Origin: Phoronis australis
Taxonomy: Eukaryota > Animalia > Phoronida
Length of the DNA: 64,000 bases
Direction of reading: 5' to 3'
NCBI GenBank assembly: GCA_002633005.1
Contig: NMRA01000410.1
Coordinates: forward strand, 1-64,000
The notes under the pieces are model-generated. The model ran no database searches and was not told the DNA's origin. It saw only the letters and a program-made list of their open reading frames with translations. Positions 47,001 to 60,009 of this stretch are shown here, piece by piece. A program made the translations under genes and the position numbers. Each line of letters begins with the position of its first letter. The stretch's first letter is position 1.

Positions 47001-48894
47001 AAAAAACTTGAAAGAAACACACACAAATGTGTGGCACAGTGCACATCCTCTCAATGCATAAGTGGTGAATAAATTTGTTGAAAATGAAGATGAGCAATCA
47101 AAGACTAGAAAATACACCAAGATACCTTACTTTTTTTCAATATTTGGTACTTGAGGAAGTCTCGTCCATGAATATAGGCTGACCCTTCAGCAAAGTTTGA
47201 CTACACAGGAAACTCAATAGCACATGACTAACTAATAAGGGTTGAAAAAATGTAGAAATGTATAATCACACTCCATGCCCTGAAACTGCCTTGAGTAGAC
47301 AGATGGAGTACCACATAAATCACTTACACAGGAAATCAAAACAGGGGCCTGGGGAAATTTAATACAGCAAGCATGTGACTTAGGCCAAATAGGAAAAATT
47401 CATCATTGGCTCCGGCAGCCAAGGCACATATGAATTGTGAATATGCTAAAGAGACTGGGAGTCCTTCATGCATTCAAAATTCAAATTAAAAGAGCAACTC
47501 ATCATTAACACTCAACTAGACGTTAAATAATCAGAAGTCACCACATGAACTTCTACACATTTTCTGCAGTGTGCACCAAGGACAAACCCTAGATTCAACT
47601 ATTTTTAGTACATCATTTTACGCTCCAACTGCACACATATCTACATATATACATTACACACATAGGTCTTTGCTGAGGCAAATAAAACATTGGTCTTAAG
47701 TTCTCATCAATATGCTAATTGTATAACTAGGTGCTTATGATTAAAACCAGGCAGTTAAACCCTCTGTGTGGCACCTAAAGCATGATCAAGGACAAAGACC
47801 TAGATTGGGATCTCCCTGATGACATCAATTTCTTTATCAATGCAACCAGTGCAGGCATGACTGTGAATGGCTGGAGCTATCAACATGACAGTAGACTAGC
47901 CAAGGAGTTTATTTAGCCATAATGGTGCTAACACATGGTCAAATCAGCTTAATTAAACACATCAAGCAGAAAACTATCAAACAAATTGGATGACTCTATT
48001 ACCAGTCATGACCATGAGCTCTGGTGCTGTAAAATGCAGCAACAAACCACAGGAGAGAGGTCAACACTCAAGCTAGGTAGGACCTCTATTCTGGGAAGTG
48101 TTTATAGAAAGATCTGCAGGGGCAGAAAGCTTCAAGACCTCTTTAAATTAGCAGGCATCACATGGCACTGGGTCAGTGAGAGGTTAATGCTACTAATATA
48201 ACACATGCCACGTTGAAGAAGGAAACAGATTGAATTTATTTTTGAAAGTTTTCTTTCAATGTAAACTGTGTTAGTTTAGCTAAAGTGACCCAGGCAGGAA
48301 TTGTGTTTTCATGTGCAGAGGACACTTTCTGTACAGTCCCACTCACGAACTGCTAGAGAAGCTAGAAGTAAATTTAGTCAAAATCGCTCTTGGTAAATAT
48401 TAAGCAAAAAACTCAACAACAGGTGTAGAAGTGATGAAAAGATGAGTTAAGAGAGAGTTAAATTATTTTGCAGCATAAACTTCGAAGGCTTACAAACTAT
48501 TTAAAATGAAACACTAACTGGTTAAATTTTAAGGATTTGATGGTCATAAGATAACGAAATACGCATATTACTGCAAGACTTCAATAAACACGGAAATCAA
48601 AGAAAATTATAAAACCTTATTTTTGAGACATAATTCCAGACACATTTCACCAAAGAATGACCAACAAACAAGAAGTGCAAGGCAATGCCAACTTTCTCGC
48701 AAACAAACAGTATGACTTTTGATCTTTTGTTATGTACAAGCTTCCACAAACAGGTGAAGGAAATCTCAAGAAACCATGCACATTTCAAGAAGAAGTAACT
48801 ATCAAAGTTAATTACCTTCTTCTGCAAAGAACAACTCCTGCGTTGTCGTGTAGTCAGGGGTGACTACCAACTGTTCCAGAAGATGCATTCTCAT
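37570..48894 (-). CDS. HNF4: Hepatocyte nuclear factor 4 (NR2A), 7 coding exons, 1584 nt CDS / 527 aa
   Basis: [36 protein letters not shown]...[21 protein letters not shown]; hinge [10 protein letters not shown]; [21 protein letters not shown]...[14 protein letters not shown]...[18 protein letters not shown]...AF-2 [12 protein letters not shown]; C-terminal KQEV. Junction phases are consistent. Confidence 0.97.
38274..38510 (-). CDS. HNF4: HNF4 exon 6 (DAKGLSD...[11 protein letters not shown])
   Basis: LBD end with AF-2 helix, G|GTGAGT donor. Confidence 0.97.
40380..40758. mobile_element. MITE (pogo/Tigger-like ends)
   Basis: TIRs TACCAGGGTTTTCCGTAGATAAGCCCA / TGGGCTTATCTACGGAAAATCCGGGTG. 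Confidence 0.75.
40914..41154 (-). CDS. HNF4: HNF4 exon 5 ([15 protein letters not shown]...LKAIVFFDP)
   Basis: LBD core, GT-AG, 241 nt. Confidence 0.97.
41431..41580 (-). CDS. HNF4: HNF4 exon 4 (ISSPMNG...[28 protein letters not shown])
   Basis: LBD signature, GT-AG, 150 nt. Confidence 0.96.
41878..42045. mobile_element. Short Tigger-like MITE
   Basis: TACAGTAGAACTCTCGTAAGTCAGA / TCTGACTTATGTGAGTTTTACTGTA. Confidence 0.7.
43640..43755 (-). CDS. HNF4: HNF4 exon 3 ([18 protein letters not shown]...AEILSRQ)
   Basis: Hinge/T-box, CAG|GTGAGT donor. Confidence 0.96.
43859..44860. mobile_element. Tigger-like MITE interrupted by a nested hAT element; related copies at ~42095 and 61915-62172
   Basis: TIRs TACGGTAAAATCTCACTAATTTAGGAC / GTCCGAAAATGGTGAGATTTTACAGTA; copy at 61915 has cagtaaaatgtcaacaatttcggac...gtcctaaattggggacatttcactgta. 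Confidence 0.7.
44021..44525. mobile_element. hAT-like MITE with 6-bp TSD TTTAAG, nested in the previous element
   Basis: CAGGGCTTGGAAT...ATTCCAAGCCCTG perfect 13-bp TIR; subterminal cgcggaaa repeats. Confidence 0.85.
45883..46182 (-). CDS. HNF4: HNF4 exon 2: whole C4 zinc-finger DNA-binding domain
   Basis: ttttacag acceptor, G|GTAAGT donor, 300 nt, P-box DGCKG. Confidence 0.97.
46569..46843. mobile_element. Old MITE
   Basis: cattagcgtcattcccatg vs catgggaatggcactaatg inverted termini. Confidence 0.5.
48816..48894 (-). CDS. HNF4: HNF4 probable first coding exon ([26 protein letters not shown])
   Basis: ATG at 48894, open 79 nt, AAG|GTAATT donor in phase 1 matching the phase-1 acceptor at 46182; MR start and PDYTT resemble vertebrate HNF4A AF-1 (MRL...PAYTTLEF). 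Confidence 0.75.
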
Positions 48895-50441
48895 TGAACT
48901 AATTTAAACAGTCAGATCTTAAACTGGAAGCAAAATCTTCAAGTGTTTTCCAAACCTGCTAACACATTGCACTTATCAGCTGATCGGTCAGGCAAATGAC
49001 ATCATGTGTATTTCACTTCAGTCTTTATCAGCTGTTGGTTGCAGGGATTTAGTTTAAAGGAGCAGTCCACTATACAGGGGGAAGGGCAGGATACTGAGAG
49101 ACTGGCGCCTGGCTTCGATGACATCGCAGTGTGCAAGCAATATAAGGAGGAATAAATTTTGACATCACAAAACATTTATTTTGGCATTTTTAACATAGAG
49201 GGACACACAAAATGCCCACAAAAACAGGATTTGAGATTTTCTCTTAATTTGTTTACTAAGTTAGCACCAAGCTTGCATGGCACTGCTAACCTCTCAGGTC
49301 CAGGGCTGAAACCACAACTTTTAAACAAGAGACCTGACAGGTTGGTACAGTGGCTACATGCTATAAAGCTGTAATCAGACCAACTAAACTTAGATGTAGC
49401 CCTTTCTATAGTTGTAACTGTTATGTTGACACAACACAACCACAGTTAAATTCGTTGTGTAACCTTAATTCGTGGTTTTAGTCCGTGCCTGTCCTCAGTG
49501 CTATCGAATTCAGATTCACTCGTTAGCCAGCTAGTGCCTGGCTGTGCCATTATTTCCAACGAGATTTGACAGCAGCACCACCTACAGTGTTATAACTTTT
49601 GCAATTGCAGTATTCAAAGAGTTACAATAATTAAAACCTTTTGCTAAACCACTCTCACAGAGGATTATAACCATGCTACTGCTATACTTTCAAAATTGGT
49701 TTTAAAGCGTTAAGACTGAGAATTATAGCCTTTAAATCGTTTTTAAAAGTTTTAACCTCTTTGGCGTGAACAGGGTGATAGACGATGACAGGCTAGCTTC
49801 GCCTAAACATGCCCTCACACCTGAATAACTATCCCAGTAAAACCCCACCACAACAGGTAGATAACTGTATTATCTGGTGATAAGCTACACTGAGATGGGG
49901 AGCTCCACAGATAGGCACAGTGTCATCCTACATGGGGCTATTCCAATTAAGGTGTAACTCTATATGATTACTTGGGACCCCTGCAGCCTGTAGGAGTGGT
50001 GCTTATTAAATGCGTTATCACAGAAATATATTCAATGGTGTACACTGACTGTGCCAATTCAAAATTTAAATTAAAATTAAAATTAAAAAATAGGATTTGT
50101 AAGTTAAAACATGCATAAATTAATTCATACACTGTGGTTACATCACAAGTCATTGAAAAGTAAAGAACAGAAAAAGCAAGATGAAAAAATTTGTACAAGT
50201 TAATTAAAGCTGCCATACACACATATACACATATACATGTACATATATAAATATATGTAAAATAACTTTTGATTTAGACCACATATCATTATATAAAACT
50301 TATATCAACTTGTTGCTGAACTCAGATGAGAAATGGTTTCTGGCGGGTATTTGGAAAAAATTACATTTCGTTGCTGCTTGAGGGAATGGTCAGCAAATAA
50401 AATGAGCATTCGTGGTAGCTCAGAGATTATATCTTATTTGA

Positions 50442-50577
50442 CTACGGAACTCTAGAATTTGAGAACTATTTCATAAAAGCATTAATTAAGTAATCTAAAT
50501 CAAAAGTTGCTTTTTGTGGCCAACTCGGCTTAATTAATGCTTTTATGAAATGGTTCTCAAATTCTAGAGTTCCGTAG
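50442..50577. repeat. Hairpin with ~48-bp near-perfect arms (internally deleted MITE)
   Basis: ctacggaactctagaatttgagaactatttcataaaagcattaattaag vs cttaattaatgcttttatgaaatggttctcaaattctagagttccgtag. Confidence 0.85.
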
Positions 50578-53500
50578 GAATGTGGCTTTATAACACCTTT
50601 AACTGAAGAAGATTCCTCAACCATCCACATGTTCTATGAACTGTCACAAAACCCACTGGAGTATAATGTACTATTAATTTGAACTGAACGTCAGGTGACC
50701 AAAAGTTATTATACAACAAGTCATAACACAATCTCACAAGGGACTCAAAATTTCTGAGAAGAGCCCATTATCCAGAGTACCATAACAAGGTGGAGAGCAT
50801 TTGTTATATAACCTTTAGGTTTTCTGCCTTAATGCATATAATGAAAAAATTAGGGTCACCAGGACAGTTGACAGTAGAAATCTTGAGATGACCCAGTGGA
50901 CACAAGATGCCCAAAGTGTGATTGACTGTTTTCACTAGTTATGAGAACCTCTCATACTCATGGTAGCCCGGTCACATGAAAGTGACAAATTTCCTCTGGC
51001 ATGCAAATCCACATCCTATTGTTTAATGCTAATTCAGGTCACCAATTAGCTGTTGGCTGCCAATTTGAACCACAGCCAACCTCTTAATGAACTTAGTCAC
51101 CACAAAAGCTAATAAAAGGCACCTAGATGCTGGTGCTTTGTTTTGAGTTGAACATCAATTCTAAATAACACCCAGTGAGGAGATCGAGTCAGTCAAATAG
51201 CTCTGATCAACACTTAGTGGGGAGAGACAATCCCACTGCAGGGTATATCATCACCTTGGATGGGTGTTAAGCACTCTCAGGTATCACATCTCGAAGGTGG
51301 GCCTGGAGGGCCAGTTATTCTGGCTATGTTGGCTCAGATATGGAATACCTCATTACATCATATGGAAGAGGACTCTCCCAAGATGTAGCTATGCTAAGGA
51401 ACCTTCCAAATGTTCAGTTGGTCACCTAATCATATTTACTGACCATGACAAAATTCTAAGTGAAAACCCTAAATATCCATTTTACTGAGATGAGTCATGA
51501 GCCTATTAATTGCAAGCTGTTTGTGCAAGACCATGAGATGACTGTGATTATAATAGACATGACCCACATCAAAGACAGACTCAATTAACCTGGTCCAACA
51601 GTTGCCTGGAAAGAACTGGTGGGTAATTAGTGCAGACAATTCAATCTGAAAGATTAGTCCCCTCTGGGATGACAGACATATTCCTTTATTCATGCAGGTG
51701 AAGCAGTCATGAGACAAAATTTTGTAATTCTAGTCTGCATGGCATTACAGACATCTCGGTCTTATAAGACCCTTCAGACATTAACTTTTGACACGGCGCA
51801 ACTGACACGGCGCAAGATGATCGGTGTCAAGCGGCCGTTTACACACACAAACAACTAAGTAACGGTGGCAAGGCAGAAGTTGTAAACATGCAGGAATGGG
51901 GAGTGCTAATGCGCAAAGATGCAAATTGTGGGAGTCGCAGGTTGTTGTCGTTGTTGTTGTGCTTTTAATTCAACCCAAGTGTAGTACTTCGTGACATTGA
52001 GTTTTGCTTCGATCAGCTGATTAATGCTTTCATTAGTAGGTCTAGGTACATAACCAAACCATTTGAATTGAACCCCCAGTCTTGACTATTATCTGAGTGT
52101 GTGTAATATTCTGACAATTTCCTGACAAAATAAATGGTGGTAATGGCTAGTTAGCACTGAAGAGCTGGCTGGCAAATCATAGAAACTGCAAGAAAATGAT
52201 CACATATGTGCGTTTTTTGCAAAAGCGTAACAGAGATGATCCCTTCATTCCCCCTTGCCCAGTTTCACATTTAGACAAACAGCTAACACAGAACAAGATG
52301 ATCAGGCCAGCCACTCAGGCTTAAGAGATATGCTACATGTATCTATTGAAGACATTGCTAATGATATTAGACTGCCCCAAAGAAAAGGAACTGATATCAG
52401 CCTTTCTGATATTATAGATAGTGGTTATTGTACTTATTTACTAAAAAAGTACAATCTACCGTATACTGTGCTGTGAAAATAGAAGGAACAATATTTCAAT
52501 TTTCCCTGAGGCTGAGCTCCTCGCACTTTCATCGTTGAAGAATTCAAACATCTCAGTCCGGCAGTGAAATTATCGGCTGGTCAGGTCACTCCAGATCTAC
52601 GCATTTCCAAACGCTCTTATATTTTTTATTTTTATTTTTATTATATTCTTTTAATAAAAAAATAATTGCAGGCGGTCGGATACATGTTGTACCAGACGTG
52701 CGCAGGCCGCGCAAGTGGGCCCATTGCACTGATCACCTGGAACCATTTTTATGCATTATTAATATATAGTTAAACCCGAGCTCAGGAGCTAGAAACCTGA
52801 CACAAGGGTTTCGCAGGCTCTTATAATTGCAGGTTGTTTGACTGAAGGGACTCTTGCTCACTGACAACCACACAAGTTCACACTTATCTTATCAAATTAA
52901 CCTCCCTTCCAAAAATGCAGACTTATGAGGCTTGCAGGTGCCATTGTATCTTAAGCCATTGCAATTTGTGGTGCAGGTTCATTTACATAAATGTCATAAG
53001 AAGTTGATTTACTGTGTAAAAACAAGACAAAGTAACATTTCTATAAAAAATTTCCAAATCCATCATTTCTTAATAGCCCTAACTAGAGCCACCATTTATG
53101 CAAATTGAAGAAGACAATGTGAATTGTGTTATTATTAATACGAACTACAAACATGAGTAGCAATGACCATGACATTATTTGCACAAATAATAATGTGGTT
53201 TACTAAGGCAGCTGATAGCATAAATACTTGTGTATACAACCAACATAACAGGACTATACAGTAACTGATTTCAAAGATTAGCAGGAAGGTGCAATGAACC
53301 CCCTCCTCTTTGCGAATTTGAGTTTGATAAATTTTTAATCCACTCGTTGCTGATATAACAGTCTCTTGTCTGGCAGGATGGTCATGACAAAATGAAAAAG
53401 GAAGCTGTAGAGAAAATGATTTTGTGCAATGTTACGACTAAAATATTACTTTTTGCAAGCTTCATATGATGAAAACAACAATTCCTTTGTACCGTACCCT

Positions 53501-56500
53501 CAAGCCTTCTCAGATGGGCCATGATGTTTTCCTAGAAAAGAACTGTTTTGAGGTTTCAAGTGTTTATTTATTCCCATAAATCAAATCATGACGACTGCAA
53601 ACAATTCAATAAGCAGAGTTCAAATTATTTTGAAATCAATGAATGTTTTCCTGCAAACTTAGAAATGGACCTTTGAAAATTATGTCTAATGTTTTATTTG
53701 AGTCTTGCATGCAAAGTACGGTAATTGATAAATACACTAGTCCCTGAGTGCAGGCATGAAATGAACACTTAAGTGTTACAACCACTCCCAATTTCAATTA
53801 GTTTTAGTCTCCTAAAAATTATGAAATATACAAAGACTCCAGTAGCAAACTACAGTGAGTACAGTAGTTCAATTTCCACCAATATCCCACTATTCAACAC
53901 AAATATTAAAAGATGGGTATTTAACTCTACTGAAATGTCTCAGTTCCCAAGCTAGTTATACAAATAATTAGACAACACCCGAAATTTAATTTTCCTTAAT
54001 TTATTATCCAGACTCTAGAGAATATAATATGTCAAATCAACAAGACACAGATAAACTTTATCACATATCTTTGTTGCAAGAAAACATCCAATGGTCGTGC
54101 TGTTGACCGAAAGATTACCAACACAAAAAGATGGCACAATAATGTTACAGCAATATTTCTTGGCATCGCACATTAAAAAGATACTACTGTCAGCAGTGTT
54201 GACTAACTGATTATGTTCTTGAAGAAAACGCAATACAATGATGCTCTACGGTTATCTAGAGATTTAAAGATTATGGTAGCTGTGATAATACAACTCTCAG
54301 GATTTACAGATCTTTGTAAAGTCCAGTGAGAAGCATGGGACCATTGGAAAAAGACCTGGGAAAATTTTACCACCATATTATAAAAACCTGACAGTATAGC
54401 AAAATTTAACAATACATACAGATGTCACTATAACATAGAGAAACGGCATTTAAACCCATACATAATTACTAAACTACAACTTTATGCTGTCAAGGCCTTT
54501 TAAGGTTAAAATCACAGAAGGACCAACACCTGAAAAAATTACCTTTAGCAATGATGTGCAGAACACTTTCACTCATGAACTTTTTAGTAGCTTCAAAGCA
54601 ATCATTTTCTTTTTGGTATATGAACATTAACACTTTGGGTGAATGCATTTTTCTCATTTACGCTATCTATAGCAAATAGTAAAAAGTGAGGAGTCCATCT
54701 AAAAAATGTCATTAATTGGTTTAATCAAACACTATCACTAACTAAGCATGAAGAAACAAATAAACAAACGATAGGGCCTATCAAACTGTAAGCAAATATT
54801 CTTAACAGACGCGGAACTCAAAGTCCCAAAAGAGACAGAGAAAGTGACCAACCATGCAGATCCAAAGGACCTTCAACCCGGCTGTCAAAGTACATCTTGA
54901 CTGCTTCAGACTGTGGGTGTAGTGTGACTGAAGCACACCTACCAGCCCAATATCTATAGGCCCTGGAAAGTAAATGACATTATCACTATCTTCCCATTTA
55001 TCTGTCACATGCATGCTGGTGAATCCTGTCGTGATACCCAGGATGGCAGCCATCTTGCTTTCTTTCTCCCATCATCTCATGAATTTTCTGTTCTAACTGT
55101 CTTAACAGCATTTCTGGTGAAATTTCTCCATGAATTTAGAAATCGCGCAAGCAACTGCAATTAGGTAATTTTTCATCCAAATGTGTCGAGTACAATAAAA
55201 TAAAGGAGTTACCTGCCCAGCCTGCCTGAAGAGGGTTCTACTTATCTTGACAAGAGGTGTCTGTTATCACTAAGTTTCCTGGGAGCCATTGTATTTAGAT
55301 AGGAAGCTCCCTCTCAAAGTAAACCTCAGTTGCTAGTGAATGCAAAAATCTTTCCTTTAACAGATTACATCGAAACACTTAGGAAAACCATCTAGACTTT
55401 CAGCAACTCATTCCCGTTATTCATGTAAGGTGCATGCAATAGATAAGTGGAATTGGTGCCAGGCAGGGGGGCGGGGTTGCAGTTTTGCAAAATTAATAGT
55501 AATTCAGAAGAATTTTTAACTAGTGTGATTGGTGATGACAGCTGTTACTGAAACAAAATCAGCTTTTTGTGTAACTGCCAACAACTGTTAGCACTAATGT
55601 ACTGGTCAGAAGCATGATAAAATCACGAATGGTTGGTATCAATGAAACTGTTTTTAAAAATCCAAGACACAAGAGGATCAATGGAGAGAAGTATTTAATT
55701 TCACATTTTCATCGCTATTTTGGAGGTGCAAGAGGCCTACAGAGACTAAACAAATTTGAGACAAAAATGAAATACATACAGATTATATGCTTTTGACAAC
55801 ACAGTGGTTGTGTTACTTAAAGGTGCTAAACACTCCGATAATAATTCTGCTAGTGTTACTGTCTATTTCAAGTGCGTGTGTACCGGGTACTCAATGATGA
55901 GGCAACTTCTTAACACAACACCTCCCCCCATTCACATGACAGAGAACAAATCTTGAGTAAATAACTGGAGGGCTGTTGAGACCTGCCAAAATCAGTAGAA
56001 TCAAGGTGTGATACAACACTTTTTGAGATACTGTGGAATGAAAGGAACACTTGCATGAGAAATTCCAATACACAGATAACCGCTAAAAATGAAACATGTC
56101 TCGACAAGAAAGGATACAGAATATCCACTTGGGCTAGGCAGCTCTTTTGATTAGAGATGTTGAACTTGAACTAGATGGGCTCTTCCAGTACCACGATTAT
56201 CTAATTTAAGCAAGGGTAAATCCAGATTTGATCCATGAAGCAACAAGAACATGTAGGTGAAATAGACTGAAAAATAATTTCATTGGAACTTGTACAGTTG
56301 GTGGTTACCGTAATCTGACTGAAATGGAACTTCTTGAAAACCTATTTTTCACAAGGGCTCTGGCTCATTCTAACATCAGTCCACTTGAAATTGAAACGAC
56401 TACCAACACCAGAAATATAATGGAAAGTTTTAGTGACGTTTTGATAAAATCAATTATTAGTAAGATAAATAAAGTCAAAATCTGTGTTCTCTGATTACAC

Positions 56501-59500
56501 AAGATGTTTGCTTGAGATAGGCATGCCAATTAAACAAGATAAAAGCAGCCATTGTCAGTGGTATCTTATCTCCCCAGTGAAAACCTCCATGTCTAAAGAT
56601 TGTATGTGTATGTAAGAATGTGCACGTGATGTAACCAAAGAAAAAAATCGATGGAATGCAGAAATGCAGTCTGACGTAAAACACAATATTACCATAGAAT
56701 AAAACTTAATTTCCTATTGTGTTATTTTGCACAAAAGTTAATGTCACTGGCAGATGTTGTTTATTTTTCTGTTTTTAAAGGTTGACTACAGTGTGGTAAA
56801 TATTCAAAAAAGTTTACCATTACGAAAGCTACATGAACTATGCTCATCAAGAACTGCCAAATTTCTTAAAGCTAATTTTCAAAGGAAAATGTGACAGAAT
56901 TCTCTTTCCCATTTATGCAAAGTGGAATGCCTAACGGGAGAAGAATTACCATAATCCCCCCATTTGACATATTTTTTCCGATATTGTGACCTCCAGTAAA
57001 ATGTTTGTGAACAACAAGTCTTCATTCCTGTGCAAAGTTTTCTAGTCACATGAAATCCAGGCCATGATGAGCATATATTTGTTGTCAAGACAACAATTAT
57101 GTTAAAACATATGATTCCATGCCTCATCTCTGTGTCTCAGTCTGGGGTATGATTAAGATTACCAAGGTCATGGCCAATCTTAACACTTTATTCCAAACAA
57201 TAATTGGATAAGGGGCTGCAAAGCAAATAGAAACTTGTGTAATAATAAACACTTCACTTTGCTTAGAAGCACTTATATTATTTAGATATAGAAGCTTTAT
57301 TTGTGCCTCTAGTTAAAGTTTGTCACAAACAGTTCAGGGATTACTTAAGAAAAGCATGGCTATGGGTCAACTGACCCACACGTGCTCAAGTCACAGGTCA
57401 ATTTGGAGAACTAAGGGTCGCAGTGGCATTTTTTGTCTTTTTGAAATTCAGTTTCTTTTTGGGTGGAAGCGTTTTAATAAGTATGATTTCATCTGCAACC
57501 TCAGAGCATTACGCAGTGATCAGTGATAGATCAGTACTTCAAAAACCAAACACATAAATTCATACTTGGGATCTCACTATGTATATTAACAATTTGCATA
57601 ATCATTTCACTAATATTGTTGTTTTGGTCACTGACCGACATTTGTTTTGATCAGCGTTCTGCACAGTCGCTGATATTATTAAAGATAAAGGCATGACTGC
57701 AACGCAACTTTAATGCTCTTGTAGCTTATAAAAACAAAAATTGAATTTGGCGTTTTACTCCATAAGCCTCATTATAGTCTTTACCATGGTAGGATTACAT
57801 TTCCATTACTATCAAGAACATCAAAAACCATGAACTACGTATGTAAGAAAACGCTTCAAAGTTCCTTGGGGTTGACCTACTCTAAAATTGTGAATCGAAA
57901 TTGGTGCAAGCATGCATTACATGGGACTTCATTTGGCACTAACTGAAGATTGGATCAGGCGTGTTAGTTTTTATATGACAAAGCCTTTTGCGTCCATGAA
58001 CACTTATATAGTCAAGATACAGGGCACAGTCCCCATAGACTTGTGTAGGGTTTGTTTACTCCTTCACAATTAGCAAAACTTTTTATCAACTCAACTTCAA
58101 AGAACTGAAGTAATCAGTTCTCTTCAGTGTTGTGGCTAATTATCAAGAAGACATCCAAAGGTATAATGACCCCGTCCAACTGCAGAACCAAGGATGAACA
58201 AGTACAAATACCAATTTTGTTGCTAAGAAAACATAATTATTGATAATCATACTATTCCCCACAGAGATAAAACGAAGGACACTTAAATTAAAGACTCAAA
58301 AATTGTGGATGCTAAACTGAGCTTAAGGCACTTAAAAACAAACTTTTTGAGAAATTGGCCAGAGAGCTAGACATCCTTGACTTCATGTGTACTGAAGTCA
58401 GTCAAATAAACATTAGGCAAATATTACACTAACAGAATTTGCACACAAGTGGACAAAGTGTGCATTGTTTACTCCAGAGTATCCGGAATTCCTAGGCACA
58501 TCAAAGGCTTGATGGTGCCATCATGCATTGAAGTAAGCTTAGGTCACTGATCATGGGCTTGGCTGAGCGTTTTAGATGAGATAATTGCTATTGCAAACCA
58601 ACATGCCTGTATAGCACACAAGTTCCAAAGTAAAAAAAAAAAACATCAATAACTAAGGCAAATGACCAACATGATTATTTTTAAAATTAAAAAGTAAATA
58701 GTAGCCATCTTTGAATTTGCAAAATCGATGCATTAAAAACAGGTTTTCTTCACCATCGCGGATAAGCCACAAGCATTAATTTGTGAATCGATTAAGACGA
58801 GTTAGTCACAGTCTAGCGCAGGCTCACTAAAGGTGCTAGGGAAACAATTCTAAATGGTAGCGTAGGAGCTGTCTCGCACACATCAGCGGATTGCGGACAT
58901 TGTACTGTTGGAAGTAAGGCACCCACCATCTAGACTGGATCATCACCAACAGTAGGTCAGTAGTGATTAACCTTTTCACACAGCGCATCTTTAAATATAT
59001 CTGATGCAAACATAACGCGTATTTAATTAACTGGCTACCTGCTAGTGCTAACATGAATGCTTTCACCGTATTTTGCACAAGAGTATGATCAAATGAGATA
59101 ACGTTACATCTCACGCGAGTACAATGCACTAAAGCTAACAGAACCATTTGATATGAGCAGTAAATTCTCGCACTCATATAAGGCAAGGTTATGCTGAAAC
59201 CGTCCAGTTATCAATTTTAACTCAACAACAAGCGAGATGCGTATTTTCTGGGAGTTGAAAATCTGCTGAGATGAACATTCACAAACACACAAGCACTCAA
59301 AAGAAAGTATCACTACCGAGTCCTCATATTGAGCGTAGGTAGTTATGGCAAACATGGGTGCTTAAAAGGGAAAATTTAGACATTTTGGGGATAGGCAGCC
59401 GAGCCAAAGAAGAGACTTAATCTGGACAAGATTGGTAACTATAGTGAATAACATTTATTTTTTGCTTTTGGAAACTTTAGTCTAAGTAGATCATCTTCGA

Positions 59501-60009
59501 ACCAGATAACTGATAATTCAACACTTAGGTGGAAGAATTTACCACCTTTAAACTTTAGCATCTTTAAACTTGAACATATCTACAGCATTTTCTTTAGCTG
59601 ATAAAAACAAGACAATGGACTGACCAAACATTAAAAATACCGAGCTTTTGCAAACTGAATTTTTGTACCCCGCCTGATTATATCTGAAGGAATAAACATT
59701 TAAGTGATAAAAAATAAACAGATCTGAGCACACTATAACCTGTTTAAAGAGGCATGCTGTTCCAGGTACATAAACTAGTAGTTACTTAGATAAGGCTCTT
59801 TACCCTAGTACAACGTGAGGGCACAGACAGACACATTAGAGATAACGCAATTCAAATATCGCACTTGCGTTTTGATTTCATCACTTTCTCATGTCATGGT
59901 GCATCAAAAGGAAATGCGTTGACACATTTTCTCTTCAGTTTCGCACACAAATGATTGTGCTAAAATAGCAATTTTCCATTTTTCCATAAGAAATTAATTT
60001 GTCAAAATG

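Noticed and set aside
58836-59355. Overlapping minus-strand ORFs of 83-116 aa
   Set aside because: No domain motifs or convincing splice signals; consistent with chance ORFs
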